Source of the DNA: Hydrurus foetidus | Taxonomy: Eukaryota | Direction: 5' to 3' | Assembly (NCBI GenBank): GCA_900617105.1 | Contig: UYFQ01000451.1 | Span: 1 to 48,250, forward strand | Length of the DNA stretch: 48,250 nucleotides | Shown here: piece by piece, positions 21,241-34,700 of the stretch | Layout of the letters: each line of letters begins with the position of its first letter | How positions within the stretch are numbered: the stretch's first letter is position 1 | Made by a program: the position numbers and the translations under genes | The notes under the pieces: model-generated | Told to the model about the DNA's origin: nothing | What the model saw: the letters and a program-made list of their open reading frames with translations, nothing else | Databases searched by the model: none

Positions 21241-22665
21241 TTATGCGGAAATGGGAATTGGAATGTACTTGTCGTGTCCGTATCCTGTACACATTCCTAA
21301 CGAATCCTTGTATTTCGTGTCACTTTTCCTGTACACCAAATCAAGTCCAGCTGACCTCTCGAACTCATCACGTAACGCAAACCACTTCGCATGAAATTTT
21401 ATACACAACACGGAGTTTCTCGGGTTATCATGAAAACTGCAAGTCCAGGGTTTTTGACAAATTGTGAAATGTGCCGATTTTACTTTTTCTATGTCTTGAA
21501 GTCGACAATCTTGACAAGTTGGCTTGCGATCCAAACATCTCTCAACAGCAACTGCTTTCTTTCCATGTGCATAATAGGGGTTGTCAACCATGCAATTGTA
21601 TTCACAGCGATTTAGTTCTAGCGAATCTCCGGGATGAATGGAGTAATAGAAATAGGGTACAATTCCTTGGATCGTTAGTCCCCCCCAGAAATTCCCAATA
21701 TGCGATCCTCCCCATCCTATATTTGTAAAATCTCCCTGATAGAGAGGAAATAATTACAGTCAATTAGCACATTCAACTTCACATTGATCAGCTCACATAA
21801 ATAAGATTCGACTTCAAACTAGTTGTCACCTTCTTTATGATTCTTTTATACTCTTCAAATCTTTCTACAGACGGCTTAACCACTAGAAAGCCTCCCTGAA
21901 CAGGTGGTACTGGTGAGCTACCTTGCATATTGTAGTCGCCTGTAAACAGCAATTCCTTATCCAACTCAAAAAGCTCGTCCTGTTGTTCGTATGTCAATCG
22001 GAGTACGTTTGAGTTGAAAGTTTGGTCAGGTTTAATCGAGTAAATTTGTGGGCATTCAATATTCACAGTAATCGCACCATGTTCTGAAACACTATGGAGT
22101 CCATATCCAAGTGCACAACTCTGTGATACTCAGTGAGGGTGTACGCCCACAGCTTTAGGAATTCATCTGCGCCGCAACAACCGCTGTTTTTCATTTTTTC
22201 AGCATATTCATTGTTCTGTATTTCAGCTATTTCTACTGGCAAGGGCTTCTCTAAGACACGCCACCCATAAGCTTCTAATATAGGCCTTGCTTTAATGACA
22301 CTAGGAGCAACAAAGGCGACTAAGTCAGCATCATATTTGGAGACAACGCCGCTACTCCCGTCATGGACTTTCTTTGCAGAGTGGCCAAGAACTAGCGCAC
22401 CATCTAGAAAAGACCCATCTTTCGTCACTGTTATCGCGTAAGCAATCTTCGTCTTCTTGGATAGGCTTTCAACAACTGGAGTCAATTTAGAGAGTTTACT
22501 AGGCGGTCCAACTTTAATCGGGTAATGCTCTGTCTTCATATCCTTGCCCGAGTGCATATAATTTAAGAGAAGAACCGACAGTGTGAGAAAGGAGATGATG
22601 ATGGTAATAGCATATCTGCTGGTCACAGTAGGAGTCCGTCGCCCCAAATCTCGAGAGTTGAGCAT
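21241..22665 (-). CDS. Glycosyltransferase family 8-like type II membrane protein (3 exons)
   Basis: Exons 22078-22665, 21830-21979 and 21241-21735 are in frame; N-terminal TM segment; EFLKLWAYTLTEYHRVVHLDMD (DxD), VQGGFLVVKPS, TIQGIVPYFY, HFTICQKPW. Confidence 0.85.
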
Positions 22666-23609
22666 TAGAGAAAAGATTCTTCTGTCTGAATCATTAAATG
22701 AAAATTGGCGGAAGATTCCGGGCAATAATCATCAATTATTACAATCGTATAATCATTTTCGGAATCTCATTGAATGCAGCAGAGAGACCCGCTGATATTA
22801 TGACTCTGATCATATCGAGACTATAGATGCTGTATTCTGCGTCCAAACGTCTCCAATGTGCTTCGTGCCGCCGTTTCTCTGCGCGAAATTTTGATAGAAA
22901 AACGTACATTATGTTGAGTGCGTACTGCACTTTAGATTCGATTGTGGTGCGATGTGCGATCTATCTATCTGCTCGCTTTTCATTTGTGATGATCCGGGAT
23001 CGTGTTTTTCAGAATGCGCCGTCATCATTTTTGGAAATAGCCTGCTCCACCCATGTCAGTAATGTGAGTTCGGAGAGTTATCTAGGATCGTCTCCCATTC
23101 GGATTCCAATTCGTTCCGGACCTTTCTAGAAAACCGCCTACGCTCCGCGAGCCATGATATGAAAAATGTTGTCAAGTAAACGATACGGAGGTTGTCAATT
23201 TGTTAAGCTTCGCCATGTGCACGAGTTGGGGAGCACAGAAGGGAAAAGTCTGTACCCAACTCCAGACAAGGCTTTGAAGAAATTCTGTACCCTGTACGTC
23301 ACACGGTTTCCATCACTCATGTCCTTAGTACGGTAAATTGTAGAATAAGATAAGTTGCGGAATGTTCCGCTGTATCTGCTGAAGAGTATGTAGCATACTC
23401 CGAAGAAAAAGAAAAGCAAAAAAAAAGCATGTTCTTAAAAGGTCAACCTTCGCCAGTAAGACAATTTCCGTGCGCTTGACTAAACGGTAAAAAATATTTG
23501 TAACTTTAAGACGAGAATCAGCCACAAGACAAAATATTTGAAAAACACGTACACTTCTGAAATGTAATTGATTCTCAATAGAAAAATGATGATGATGATG
23601 ATATGTTAT

Positions 23610-26600
23610 TTATATGATATTTCCATCTATGAACTTCACGAAACGCTTTGCATAAGAATGTGCGTCCACTGAGCTGATTTGCTTCGAGTCGTTATTGATG
23701 CTCTGCGTGAAAATTGCGTGTAAGAGAGATGTTAGTCGCGAGATTTAGTATAGAGCCGAATAGAAAAAAGTAAACAAAAATTGAAATGCGGTACCGAGAG
23801 ACAGGTGCTGAATAGGATGCACTGACCTTGATTATTGTCTCTGCTCGTTTTCGTAAATTGTACTGCTGTAAAATGTCAATCACGCCAATGTAATAAATTT
23901 CGTCTCCCCTTTTGCCGTCTGCTTCTCTGCTGTTTATGCCTGTGTCCTTGCGGAGGGTCCAGGGGTGTTTCTGAGACGCACCTGGACCGAAAGTAACCAC
24001 GGATTCCTTTGAAGGGTCTTCCAGCATGTCAGGCACACAGGCTGCTGCAGCTCGAGTGGTGGCTGGACTCTTAGCCGTGCCTGAGGGACTCTCCACCCCT
24101 TTCCCTCCCATAGAGGGCCTCATCATCTTGGGCACCGCTCTCAGGAACCCTCCGATGGACATGCGCAGCATAGGGGCTAGCTGCGACCCCTCTATGCCCT
24201 TGAGGCCCTCCCCCTCGTCCTCGCACTCCCTCCTCGTGTGCGGGGCAGAGGCGGGGGCTGCAGCATCATCCTTCTTCAAGGTGTCGAAGCCGTGGATGAG
24301 CGGGACCTTGGAACTCGGCTTGAAGGCGATTTCAGCTTCAATGTCGCTGTCTCCGTCATCATAGTGATCCTCGTCCTCCACGTCCATCTCCAACTCGCTC
24401 CTCGCGAAGTCCAGGTCGATGTCTTCATCGTCTACGCTGTAGTCGTCATCGTCATACTCCTCCATATCGTCGCCTAGAGGAGTCAGCGCTCCCCCCTTAG
24501 TAAACTCGCTGTCATCACGGAAAGCACTTGCCTCGCCTGAGTCCTTAGGGGGCGTTCTCTTCTTCACACTGGATGAAGAGGGGATACGCAACATCCGTGA
24601 CCCCCGCCTGGATATCTCTTTGCTCTTGCGCTGTTCCGCTTGACTGCCGTCTGCACTTGAGCAATCTGACTGGGATCTCAGTCCTCTGCTCTTCGATTTC
24701 TTCAACTGATTTGGTGAGGTGTTCTCACTGTGCGGGTCGTCCTCGTGGCTGCCCTTTGCGTTGAGCGAGTTGATTCTCGCCCTCACAGCTGAGAAGTGGT
24801 CTGCGTCCACATCACAGCCAAACTCGTGCTCCCCCTCTGCTTTGTCTTTGGACCGACTGTCCGAGTATCTCGCGAATCCCGTTGGCTGGGACATGGGGCG
24901 GTTGGCGTACGAAGGAGATGTCACACTGATCTTGCGAGAGAGAGAGGCATAGGGGGAGGTGTTGAGGGAGACCGGTCTGTTGCCAGCACTAGGCGGTGCC
25001 GTTGACATGTTGCGTCTGAAGGGCGTGTTGGAGTGCTGACCCACGGGACCAGCAATCTCGTGTTCTTCAGGGTTCTCCAGATTCATTGTTTGGCGCCGAT
25101 TTCTGTTGTGGATTCCCACCTGCTCAATTCGAACGATTTTGGGATGGGAAAGAAGGTAAGTCAATTTGATGCGCAGAAACAATTACCAGAGAAAAGTAGA
25201 GGAGAGAGGGGCGGACAGAGGGTGTCGTGGTGTACCAAGAGGGAGTAGTCCATGATGTTCAGCTCTGCCAGGAACTTGGCGTCTTTCTCCACCTGCACCA
25301 TGAAGGCGGCTTTCTTCGACCCCAGGTGCAATTTTGCCTTGTCGATGACGAGGTCCATATCTTTGAGCACGCCTCCGTGTGTGCGCTCCTTCTCAGTGGC
25401 TTGACGACCTGCAGTGACGTACGTCATGTAAGGTGAGGTGTTGAGACGTACGATTGTGAATTGATGAGACAGGCATGCAGAGCAACCACACGTATGTTGA
25501 ACAAATGACGTCATTGAGGAGCGCTGTTATGGTCAGGCAGATGAGAATGGCTGCTATCTCGATGTACCTATGAGGGACCCCTTAAGATCGTACACGGTGT
25601 GGATTTTCTCCGGAGTATCGAAGACGCTGGTCATGATTACGAAGTGCACTTTACGCCTCAAGTGGTACATCTTTACTCTGTGCATACCTATGAGCATATG
25701 AGAACATTACAGCGTAAGATGAGGAGAAATCGGGATGCTATGCTAAACTAAGTAGCTCTTAAAAATATCACCCGTGCCATCTCCTCTCCTCATCACTTGT
25801 ACTCACCTAATATTCTGACGAGCATGGTGTGCGGATTCTCCGTTACAAATTTGTAATAATGGGGAAGCACACGCTTCATGAATTTATTTTCCTCTTTTGT
25901 TTGGGTTTTAATCATGTACTTCCCGTCATGCGAGTAGAAGAAAAATTGACCCGATTTTGAATTTGAAATGAACTCGAGAAAATTGTAATTTCCTACGAAT
26001 TAGGTGGAGAAAAGGAGTCCTGTTATTACGAAGATAGTCTTATCAGGAGATGGGCGGACTTTTGGTTGATTGCAGTGACTCACCACAGACTGACATCATG
26101 TATTCCGCATTATCGATGCCAAAAAAATTTCTTATTCGCCGAAACACTTGCAGAGAGTAGCTTTTAAATTTGAATGTGTGGACAAGTGAGTGCGGGGGAG
26201 TAATGTAACCAGGTTTATTACTTCCAGTCGCGGGGAAAGACATCTTCTCGACATGGCTGAAGTCTTCTAGCACAAGTTGCTCTCTGCTGTCCAAAGTTGT
26301 TCGACCGACCTGTTCAGACAAATTCAAGAATGCCGATGGTAGTCCCGTCAGCATTCGGACGGTAAATTATGTCAGGAGTGACAATAATACTCACCGAGCA
26401 TCGTATGCCGAGCATCATCCCCGCAGTCAGAGTGTACAGCTCATGCACTCCATCAATAACTTTTCCTTTAAAATTTTTCGAAAATTGGGTTCCTTTTTGT
26501 GTCTTTTTCAGCTGTTTGACAATGTTTAGCCTTTTCATGGTTAGTCTCTTCACGCGCAATTTGTGAAGACCTTTGGTCACTTTCGAAACAACCAATGCCG

Positions 26601-26987
26601 CATTCGCTGAAGAGATATTTCAAACAATACGGCGGCGGTCAGTTGATCGTGCAAATCGACAAAATGAAATAGCAGAAAAATTCAGAAGACTTAGATACCG
26701 GCCAATGCTTCAGCTGCTGGAGTCCCCTCATCGGGATTCACAAAGACGGCTTGAGATGAATCATACTCAGTGTCCACAGAGCGCGGGATTTTCGTCGTCG
26801 CTTCGGATTCCGTCCCATCCCCAGATTCGCCAGGTTCTTTATGAGACGGAGTTTTGTATTTTTTCTCCATGATATTCTCTAATGTAATTTCGATTTCTTC
26901 AGTCGGGAGAATCAACGAGTGTTTGTCGTCTACTTTCCGCGGCGAGTCGCTTCCGGTTGAGACTTCCTCCTTGGATTCCAAATCCAT
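23610..26987 (-). CDS. Phosphatidylinositol-4-phosphate 5-kinase (multi-exon)
   Basis: FKFKSYSLQVFRRIRNFFGID, SNSKSGQFFFYSHDGKYMIKT, YDLKGS, VLKDMD, FLAELNIMDYSLLVGIH, IYYIGVIDILQQYN, ISSVDAHSYAKRF; long acidic insert in the kinase domain; stop at 23610. Confidence 0.92.
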
Positions 26988-27329
26988 TAGAGTCGGATTT
27001 TTAGAAGAATGATAATGAACTGCCCTCCATTACAAGCTTTCGCAGAGATAGTCACGTTGACGCAATTTCTCGCTGCGGCCAAACACGGCAATGGCAGGTG
27101 TTTGTCACGCCTTGGAATCCCGGGCACTTCCTCTCTCTCTCTCTCTCTCTCTGTTGAATTGAATGTCAATCGAATCGGTCGATCATCATCGCACCGTAAT
27201 TTTTAGAAAAACGACACCCATTGGGTTATTGGGTGCGTAGATTCCGTTACACTACTTTACCGTTTACCGTACTGATCCTCAGAAAAGTTACCGTATAGTA
27301 TTCTGTAGAAGTATTCCTCGATGATTCTC

Positions 27330-27519
27330 CTGGGTTGGTCCATAGGGATAGGATCCTATTATAGGTTTTCCAGAATTTCCCCTATATCTATAGGACCCTA
27401 CACATAGGCCCTATATAGAGGTAATTAGGGACACAAATAGGAATCCTATATAGATTTTCCTGTAAAAGCCCTATCGATAGGGGATAGGATATCCCAAAAA
27501 ACTCTATGCACCAACCCAG
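27330..27519. mobile_element. 190-bp MITE with 8-bp TSD
   Basis: TIR CTGGGTTGGT(C/G)CATAG at both ends, TSD TGATTCTC (27322-27329 and 27520-27527), internal CCTAT/ATAGG repeats. Confidence 0.85.
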
Positions 27520-27531
27520 TGATTCTCATTG

Positions 27532-30500
27532 TGTGGTCGTACCGGGTATACCGGATCTACGCGCCGTAACGGACCTGGACCCGATCCATCCGATCCTGCC
27601 GCCTGTGGTCGTTGTGACCGTGGGCAAAAGGACGAAGGAAGAAGGACGGAGGACAAATTCGAAAGACGAGGGTTGGAAGGCGATGGAAGAGATATTCTTA
27701 TAGTTTACAGCGAGAAACAAGCAGTAGTATCTACAGTGATGTGTACTCGCGTGGAAACGAAAAGAAAAGAAAACTGTACCGGACTTTGGGTCCGTTCTAG
27801 AATCTACAGTACAGGTATAGCATACAGTCACAGTGTATCCGTACATACAGTACAGATGCAGTGAGGCTACGCTACCCCTTCTTCCCTTTTCTTTTCCAAT
27901 AAACTCTACTAATATGTGTATGTATAAAAGAGTGGAAAAGAAAGAAGATGAAAAATGAAACACATTTAAAAATAAAATGAGAAGCTTCGAAAACGATTAT
28001 GTCAGACTCTTACTGACTAACTTCGTCCAAAAAAAACGAATTTCAAAAAATGGGAGGTAAATTGTTCATGAATAACGTTTCAAGTGAAGAAATCAACGGT
28101 GTTGTCTACTGATCAATTATGTCAAATTATTTTGACGCAAATAATCATGAAGTTTATCAATATCACGAAGATTGGATTAAGGCTCGCAAGTGTTTTTGTC
28201 AACATGGTAATTCAACCATTTGACTAAAACCTGAATCTTCGAGCGTTGATGAGGTCCACCTTGACTAAGGATGTCTTCTACGAAGTATTCCATATGGTCA
28301 CGACTTGCGACATCAACAGGGTTTGTAATCGCTGGATCATACAGCAACGGTTTAATGGCAGATACATGATATACCGCTGTTTTTTGTGTGATCAAGTCGA
28401 ATAGAGTGTGACGAGAATTTTCGCCACTGACGACTTTTAATGGACCTCTCCAATGCGTATGAAGACGTGTTGGAGGTGATCCATCGCGATAATGTACAAG
28501 GACGTATCAAACCTAAAAAACTTTTAAGTTGTTTAGATGTATCTGGTTTTGGAAAATCTAAAACTTGCCGTATTTTTTCGTTTGACATTTTTAGTCCCTC
28601 AGCAGAAAGGACTTTGCCAACATAATCAATTTCGGAATAGCCAAGATAACATTTATTTGGTTTAAGAAATATTTTATATTGTCGAAAGCGTTGAAAAACA
28701 AGACGAAGTCTGAAGACTGATTCGTAAGTGTCTTTGCCGAAAACGTTGCAATCATCAATGTACATTTCGGATATAGTGTAAATCAATCCAGCTGACACTA
28801 TAGTTGCCATGGTCTGTTGGAAAAAAACGGTTGCCATGGTCTCGTTTAGGCCCAAAGGGCAGACGAGTGAATTGATACACGCCGCAGAAAAGTATGAATG
28901 CAGTGTATGCTCGTGCTGCAAGTGTAAGCGGTGCTTGATGATATCCTTGAGGAAGATCAACTGTAGCGAAGACTTTTGCTTTATGAGCACCAATTCGACG
29001 TAACACTTCATTTATGTTAGGAATGGGCCATGATGCATCTTCGCTACAATCATTAAGATTCCAATAAAGTATGCTCGTACGTTTGGTTCCATCAGATTTT
29101 GGAACCATAAGCACTTGACTGTAATAAGCCGCATTTGATTTCTCGATAATCCCCTGCTCTTCAAATTTCGCGAGTTGACGCATAATGTCAGCTTGATTTG
29201 CAGTGGATTGAGGTCAAGGGGGTGTTCTATTCCGCGATACCTTCCATTTTACGTCATCCACGTTAAGTTCAAACGGTGGGATATCAGCAGGGCTCACTGC
29301 TAAATATGTCGTTAAACTCGTTACATAGTGAACGAAGTTTATTTTTCTGATCATCATCACCTGCTATGTGTATTAGCAAGAGTGGATCTGTATCAGAAAA
29401 TTCATTAATCCACAGTAAAAGGAGTCATTCAATGAATCATCAATTTCATCTTCATCAGGCGGCACAACTTCAAACAGTTGTTCCGACTCCTGAATTAATG
29501 AAGTTAGGATGACATGTGTTTGGGTGACTGTCAGATGTTCCATTTGGGTCAATGGAAGATCTTATGGGGTTCCCTCAGAGGTTTGCAAAGTCTCTTCAGG
29601 CTGACAGCTACATGTCGCGACCACATCTTCAGAAGTCGAGACTCCCTTTATTGGGGTCGGTCGAGATGAAGTGCTGGATTTTATTTGATCCAGGGAAATC
29701 GAGAATAGATCTAAATCTCGCATTATTTTTCTTCTCACTATTAGATCAATTTTTGTTTGTTCTAAAACATAAGCCGTAATTTATAAAGAAGAGTAATAAT
29801 TTAAATCTGGGCAAAAATAAGTAAAGTTTAAGTCTGTGGTTTCAGAAATTCTATAACAATGATTATCTGAACCACTAAAAACTTGACACGCTTTCTTAGA
29901 TGATTTAGAAACATATTGTGTTAAGTCAAGGTTTTTCATAACACGTCTAGCTATGAAATTGCTGACGATAGATCCCGTGTCCAATAGAGTGAAGACTCTG
30001 TTTTTCTCTTCCAGCGAAGTTTGCTGAGAACTATGAGAAACAAAGAAAGGGATGAGATATCTATCTGATGAAACGGAAAGGTTGTCAATTGACGACATAT
30101 TAAGGTTGTAAACTTAGTCACCTTTTGGTTTCTTCGCGTCACGAGCAGTGTCCGCTGACGGAGCAGCGGTCTTAGAAGACGTGGAAGAAGAGGAGGAGGA
30201 GGAGGAAGAAGAAGGAGGGGGGACGCGGGAGAACGTCGCTTTGGGATCGATCTTCAAAAGATCTTTGCCTCCTTCCGACTGAAGGAAAGGTTTCTCGGTA
30301 CTGTTAAAGTACGGAGAAGAGCCGAATCGACAAGTGGCTACTAAGTGGCCAAGTCTCCCACAGCCGGTACAGTGGGGTTTGTCAGATTGCTCAGGTTTCT
30401 CGTCCTCTCGTTGCCTTTTTAATTCGTGGCTCTTGAGGAGGACGGTTAGAGTTTTTGATTTGGCGAGAATGATCGCCATAAGTCGGGTGAACGTCTACAA

Positions 30501-31700
30501 ACCGTAAAGCATCAATTGCTTCTCGTAGCTTTCTTAGTTGCGCACGCCACACGAATCGAAAATCATCGACCGTGATAAGACGTGGCGTTCTATCGAGAGT
30601 GCGGTACAAAACTGACCTCCAATTAATGGGTTCAGCTGGCAACTTATCAATAAGAATTTTAGTTGCTGTTAACTGCATGGCAGCTGACACCTCAGGGAAT
30701 GCATCGACAATATCAGCTAAAAGCTGGTCTGTCTTTTCTTCCACTGATGGGTTCTTCAGGTCAAATTGAATTTGAATCTGAGTAATGGATTCAATGAATC
30801 CTAGTTTATCCGTTCTGGACGTCGCAGTTGCAGGAATTGCCAAATTCAATTCTCTACAAAAATTCTGATTAGTCCAGTTTCTCCAGTTGTTACAACTGTC
30901 TCGACGATCAGGGTCGGTTGCAAATCGAAGTTGCAAAAGGGTTTTAAAGATTGGAAGTTGCTGTGATGAACGACATCAACTGGCCGAAACGGCGTTCCAT
31001 TCGAGAGGAGAACCTCTGAAACTCTTTGAACCTCTTGCCAAGACGGCTTGGCGCTCAACTTTTGAGCTTTCCACCATACTTGTCACGTACTGAGTTGGTG
31101 GTGCCAAAGCACGTTGATTAGCAGATCTATCGACCGAAGTCGACGTGATCTCAGCCAAAGCTGGTGTGGAGTCCGAAGGCATGGTTTCGCAGACGAAGCC
31201 ATCCCTGATATTAAAGCAGACAACGCAGAAATGACAGGTACATCAATAGCAGTTACTCCGCAGGCCCCGAAGTCGTTGAGACATCTAGCTGTAACAGGTC
31301 TGCGGCGGGGTCCTGAATCGCAGGTGATCCAGGAGACTACTATGAGTTGACGGTTGCGCTGAAGAATGCTTAAGATATCGCCTTCTGTGCTGAAAATGCG
31401 ACAGGCGCGGTGGAAAGCACTCTTAAGATGGCCAGCTACACTATCATTAATGATTTAACTAGTGTTGCGAAGCCTTACCCGCATGCCGTCCATTGAGGAT
31501 ACAGCGAATAGCCATGCTCTGAAAAATTTTCTCGAGAAAAGATGGAGGAATAAAGGACAGAATTTTGGTTGTAGAACCAAATATCTGATATTATGGTAAA
31601 TTGGTGGACCAAATACGGTGGATAGGACGATGGACTAGGATGGAGGCGAAATACGATGATGGTAAGGTTGAAGAGTATTCTGATGAATACAGCGACTAAT
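27532..31700 (-). mobile_element. Degenerate Ty3/Gypsy (chromodomain-bearing) LTR retrotransposon, 5' end missing
   Basis: Probable 3' LTR ~27532-27871 followed by a polypurine tract (plus strand CCCCTTCTTCCCTTTTCTTTTCC at ~27875-27897), then gag-pol remnants. The right boundary is approximate. Confidence 0.8.
28177..31182 (-). pseudogene. Gypsy gag-pol remnants (Gag CCHC, protease, RT, integrase C-terminus, chromodomain)
   Basis: CTGCGRLGHLVATC; TLLDTGS; ATVDLPQGYHQ...RLPFG; MYIDDCNV; QLKSFLGL; chromodomain YFVEDILS...LVKWLNY...NTCEP; many frameshifts and stops. Confidence 0.88.
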
Positions 31701-31786
31701 ACAGTATTATTTACTATGTTGTGTACTATGTGTTACTATTGCTAATATTTGAGACTGACATTTTCAACAATATCTAAATCTAGCAG

Positions 31787-34700
31787 GAAAAGAGCACGAA
31801 ATTTTGTTGGAGTCACCTGACTCGTTGGTATCACATATTGAGGGTATATGCAGTGCACTTATTGACCCATCACAGTCTACGTATGAGAGGAACACGCTAC
31901 ATGAATTTGTATGTCAGTTCCAAAATCCTGAGTATTATCTATCGCGGTGTTTTGCTTGTCTGTATCCGTACGGTCGTGGGTGTCCTAGCGACAAGTCGTG
32001 TGGTATGATTAGTAACGCAAAATACACGAAACACATGTTGTGTTTAGGTGGTGGACCTTCAGCTAGGAGGTTTCAACAGTCAGCTGGCTTTATTTTTAAT
32101 ATGTATTCAATGGAGATGCGAAGAAAGTTAGGAGGCGTTGCGTTTGTGGCTCAAAAAAAGAACCTCGACGGTACATTCGAAGTTGAGGAAGTGCCAAATA
32201 TTAGTGATATTAACAAATTATTAAGTTATCTTGATGAATCAATATCGACCGCCATTGAGAGTAATGGCTTAACTAACGTGCTTAGTGATGCATCAGCTAA
32301 TGCATTGCCGTTTAAGCATGATGAACGGGAAATGCAAAAATTGATTAAACGGTTAATTCCATATTCTAATTCTTTGCAAGGGACTGCAACGCATATATCG
32401 TATGAAAGAACGAAACTTATGGCTATGATTCCGTCCCCAATTATTAATAAGTTGGGTTTGTGGCGATTATTTTTTACTGTCGCTCCTGCAGATCTCTATG
32501 ATAGTCGCTTCTTTGAAGTTGTGCAGAGTCACATAAATGATAGTAGTCCTGAATATTGGGACTCAAGAGTTATTAAGGTAATTATTCTGTTTTTTATTGT
32601 GTTTCTGGTTTTTATTTTTTGTAACTTGTGCATTTTTACTTACAGGCCAAGGTGCTAGATTCTGCTGCACGAATAGACTTGCTGCGTAGCCATCCAGCGC
32701 TCGTTGCACGCCTGTTTGAATTTAAACAGGATTGTATTTGGAAGTATCTTGTGATGGGTGAGGCTAAGCCTTTTGGAGAAGTTACCGATTATTGGCGGCG
32801 CGTTGAGGTATTTTTATCTATGTGGGCATTATTATACCATATGTATAATATATTGTATAAGTTTATACTTGTCTAATTTATCTTTGTACAATACAGTACC
32901 AGGCTCGTGGCACACCACATGTCCACAGTTTATTATGTATTTCCAAAGTGGATGGTATTGATGCCGATACAATCGATAGTGAGGATATTGGTGAACAGAA
33001 TAAAGTCAAAAATTATTTGAAAAACATTGTCAGCGCGAATTTGGTAGCTAATGTTTCTGTCGATAGCAACGATACTGTAGTGAACAGTAGTGAACAGGAG
33101 TTGGATACAACTGACTTTCTTTGGAATCCATGTAGGGAATACTTCTGTGATGAGGGTCACCCTTGTAGGGTACCTTTTAATCCTCGGTTGAATTACGAAC
33201 GGAGCAGTGACGGAGTATTTGCCGACATTAATGTACAATACCAATATCGCAATCTACAAATAGCAACACAATTTCATCGTTGTTGTTTTACTTGTTTTAA
33301 GTATTGCTTTGCCCACAATCAAGTGTGTAGATTCGGTTTCCCCTGGGTTACTGATGGCTGTATTTTCGAGCCTATTATCAGACGAGATCGTGATAAGAAA
33401 AGCAGAATAAGGGTGTCCGTAATTCCTGAAAGAAATAATGCTTATTTGAATGGTACACTACATAGTCCGCTAATAACTGTTGCACATGGAGGCAATCATG
33501 ACATTCAGTACATTGGCAACAGTGTAGGTGCCGCAGAATATGTTGCATCGTACGCATCAAAAGCTGAGGAGCCAGATAAAAAAGTTATGGCTAATATTTA
33601 CGCTAAGAAAATCAAATATATTATTGATAATAGCCGCGTTGTTACTGACCGACAGCGCCTGTATGCCGTTGGTAGCGCTATTTTGGGAAGTAGTCCGGTT
33701 GGTTCTGTTCAGGCTTGTTATTCTTTATTGGGTTTGAAGATAGTTAAGTCATCACGAGCTGTTATTAATCTTAATCCGCTACATCGTAAGTATATATATT
33801 GATTGTATATGTATTTTCTATAATTGCTGTTTAATTTATCGTTTTTTATATAAATCCGCCTTATTAAATATTTATTAGGTGACGAACTGAATCGAGGTCT
33901 TAAAACTAGGGCTGAAGTTATTGGTCAGCTTGAAAGTTCAGCTTCAGCTATCGAATCTGGTCCTAATTCTGCGCTGGGTAAGCGGTTGGCATATCAGAGT
34001 CTTGTTACTCAGCAAAGAGAAACATATGACGGTAAATGTTATGTGTCATTATTTTCGTTGTACACATCATACACCGTTAGTATTGAAAATAAAAAGTATA
34101 CCCCGCTCCGGCATTATTACGTATCGATGATCGTGGTATTATTATATCTACATCGAAAAATCACAAATTTATGATTAATAGTACAGTTTACACACGATTA
34201 AGAAAGGATTGTGTAATTAATCTTTGTCCATATGTACCTGTTAATGATAGCGATGAACGTTCATGTTACTCAACTCTACTTGTTCATATTCCATGGCCTA
34301 GTGGTGGCGAAGAAGAATTATTACGTGGTTGTGACTGTGCTGTCGAATGTTTGTACGACTTGAAGAGAAATGGTGATATTCCTTCTTATGTCAATTACAC
34401 TTTAGAGTTACTGCACAACTCAAATCTTATTAGAGAAAATGTGGGAACAAATATAACTGACAGTGGAGAATCTACTGATGAATATTTATACAATAACAGT
34501 AGTGATGAAAACAGCTATGTCATAGATGAAAGTCATATGGCTCAATTTGGCGACAGTATAAGTATACCAGTAAATTCCAATAATCTGAGCACTGAATGTC
34601 TGATTAATCTTACGGCTGCAAATATGCGATATTGTCAAAATTTTATCCAGACTATTCAAAATAAACATATAGAAAACTTGAGACAAATAAACTCAATACA

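Noticed and set aside
24026..25436. Plus-strand ORFs within PIP5K
   Set aside because: Antisense to a GC-rich PIP5K exon; no independent evidence.
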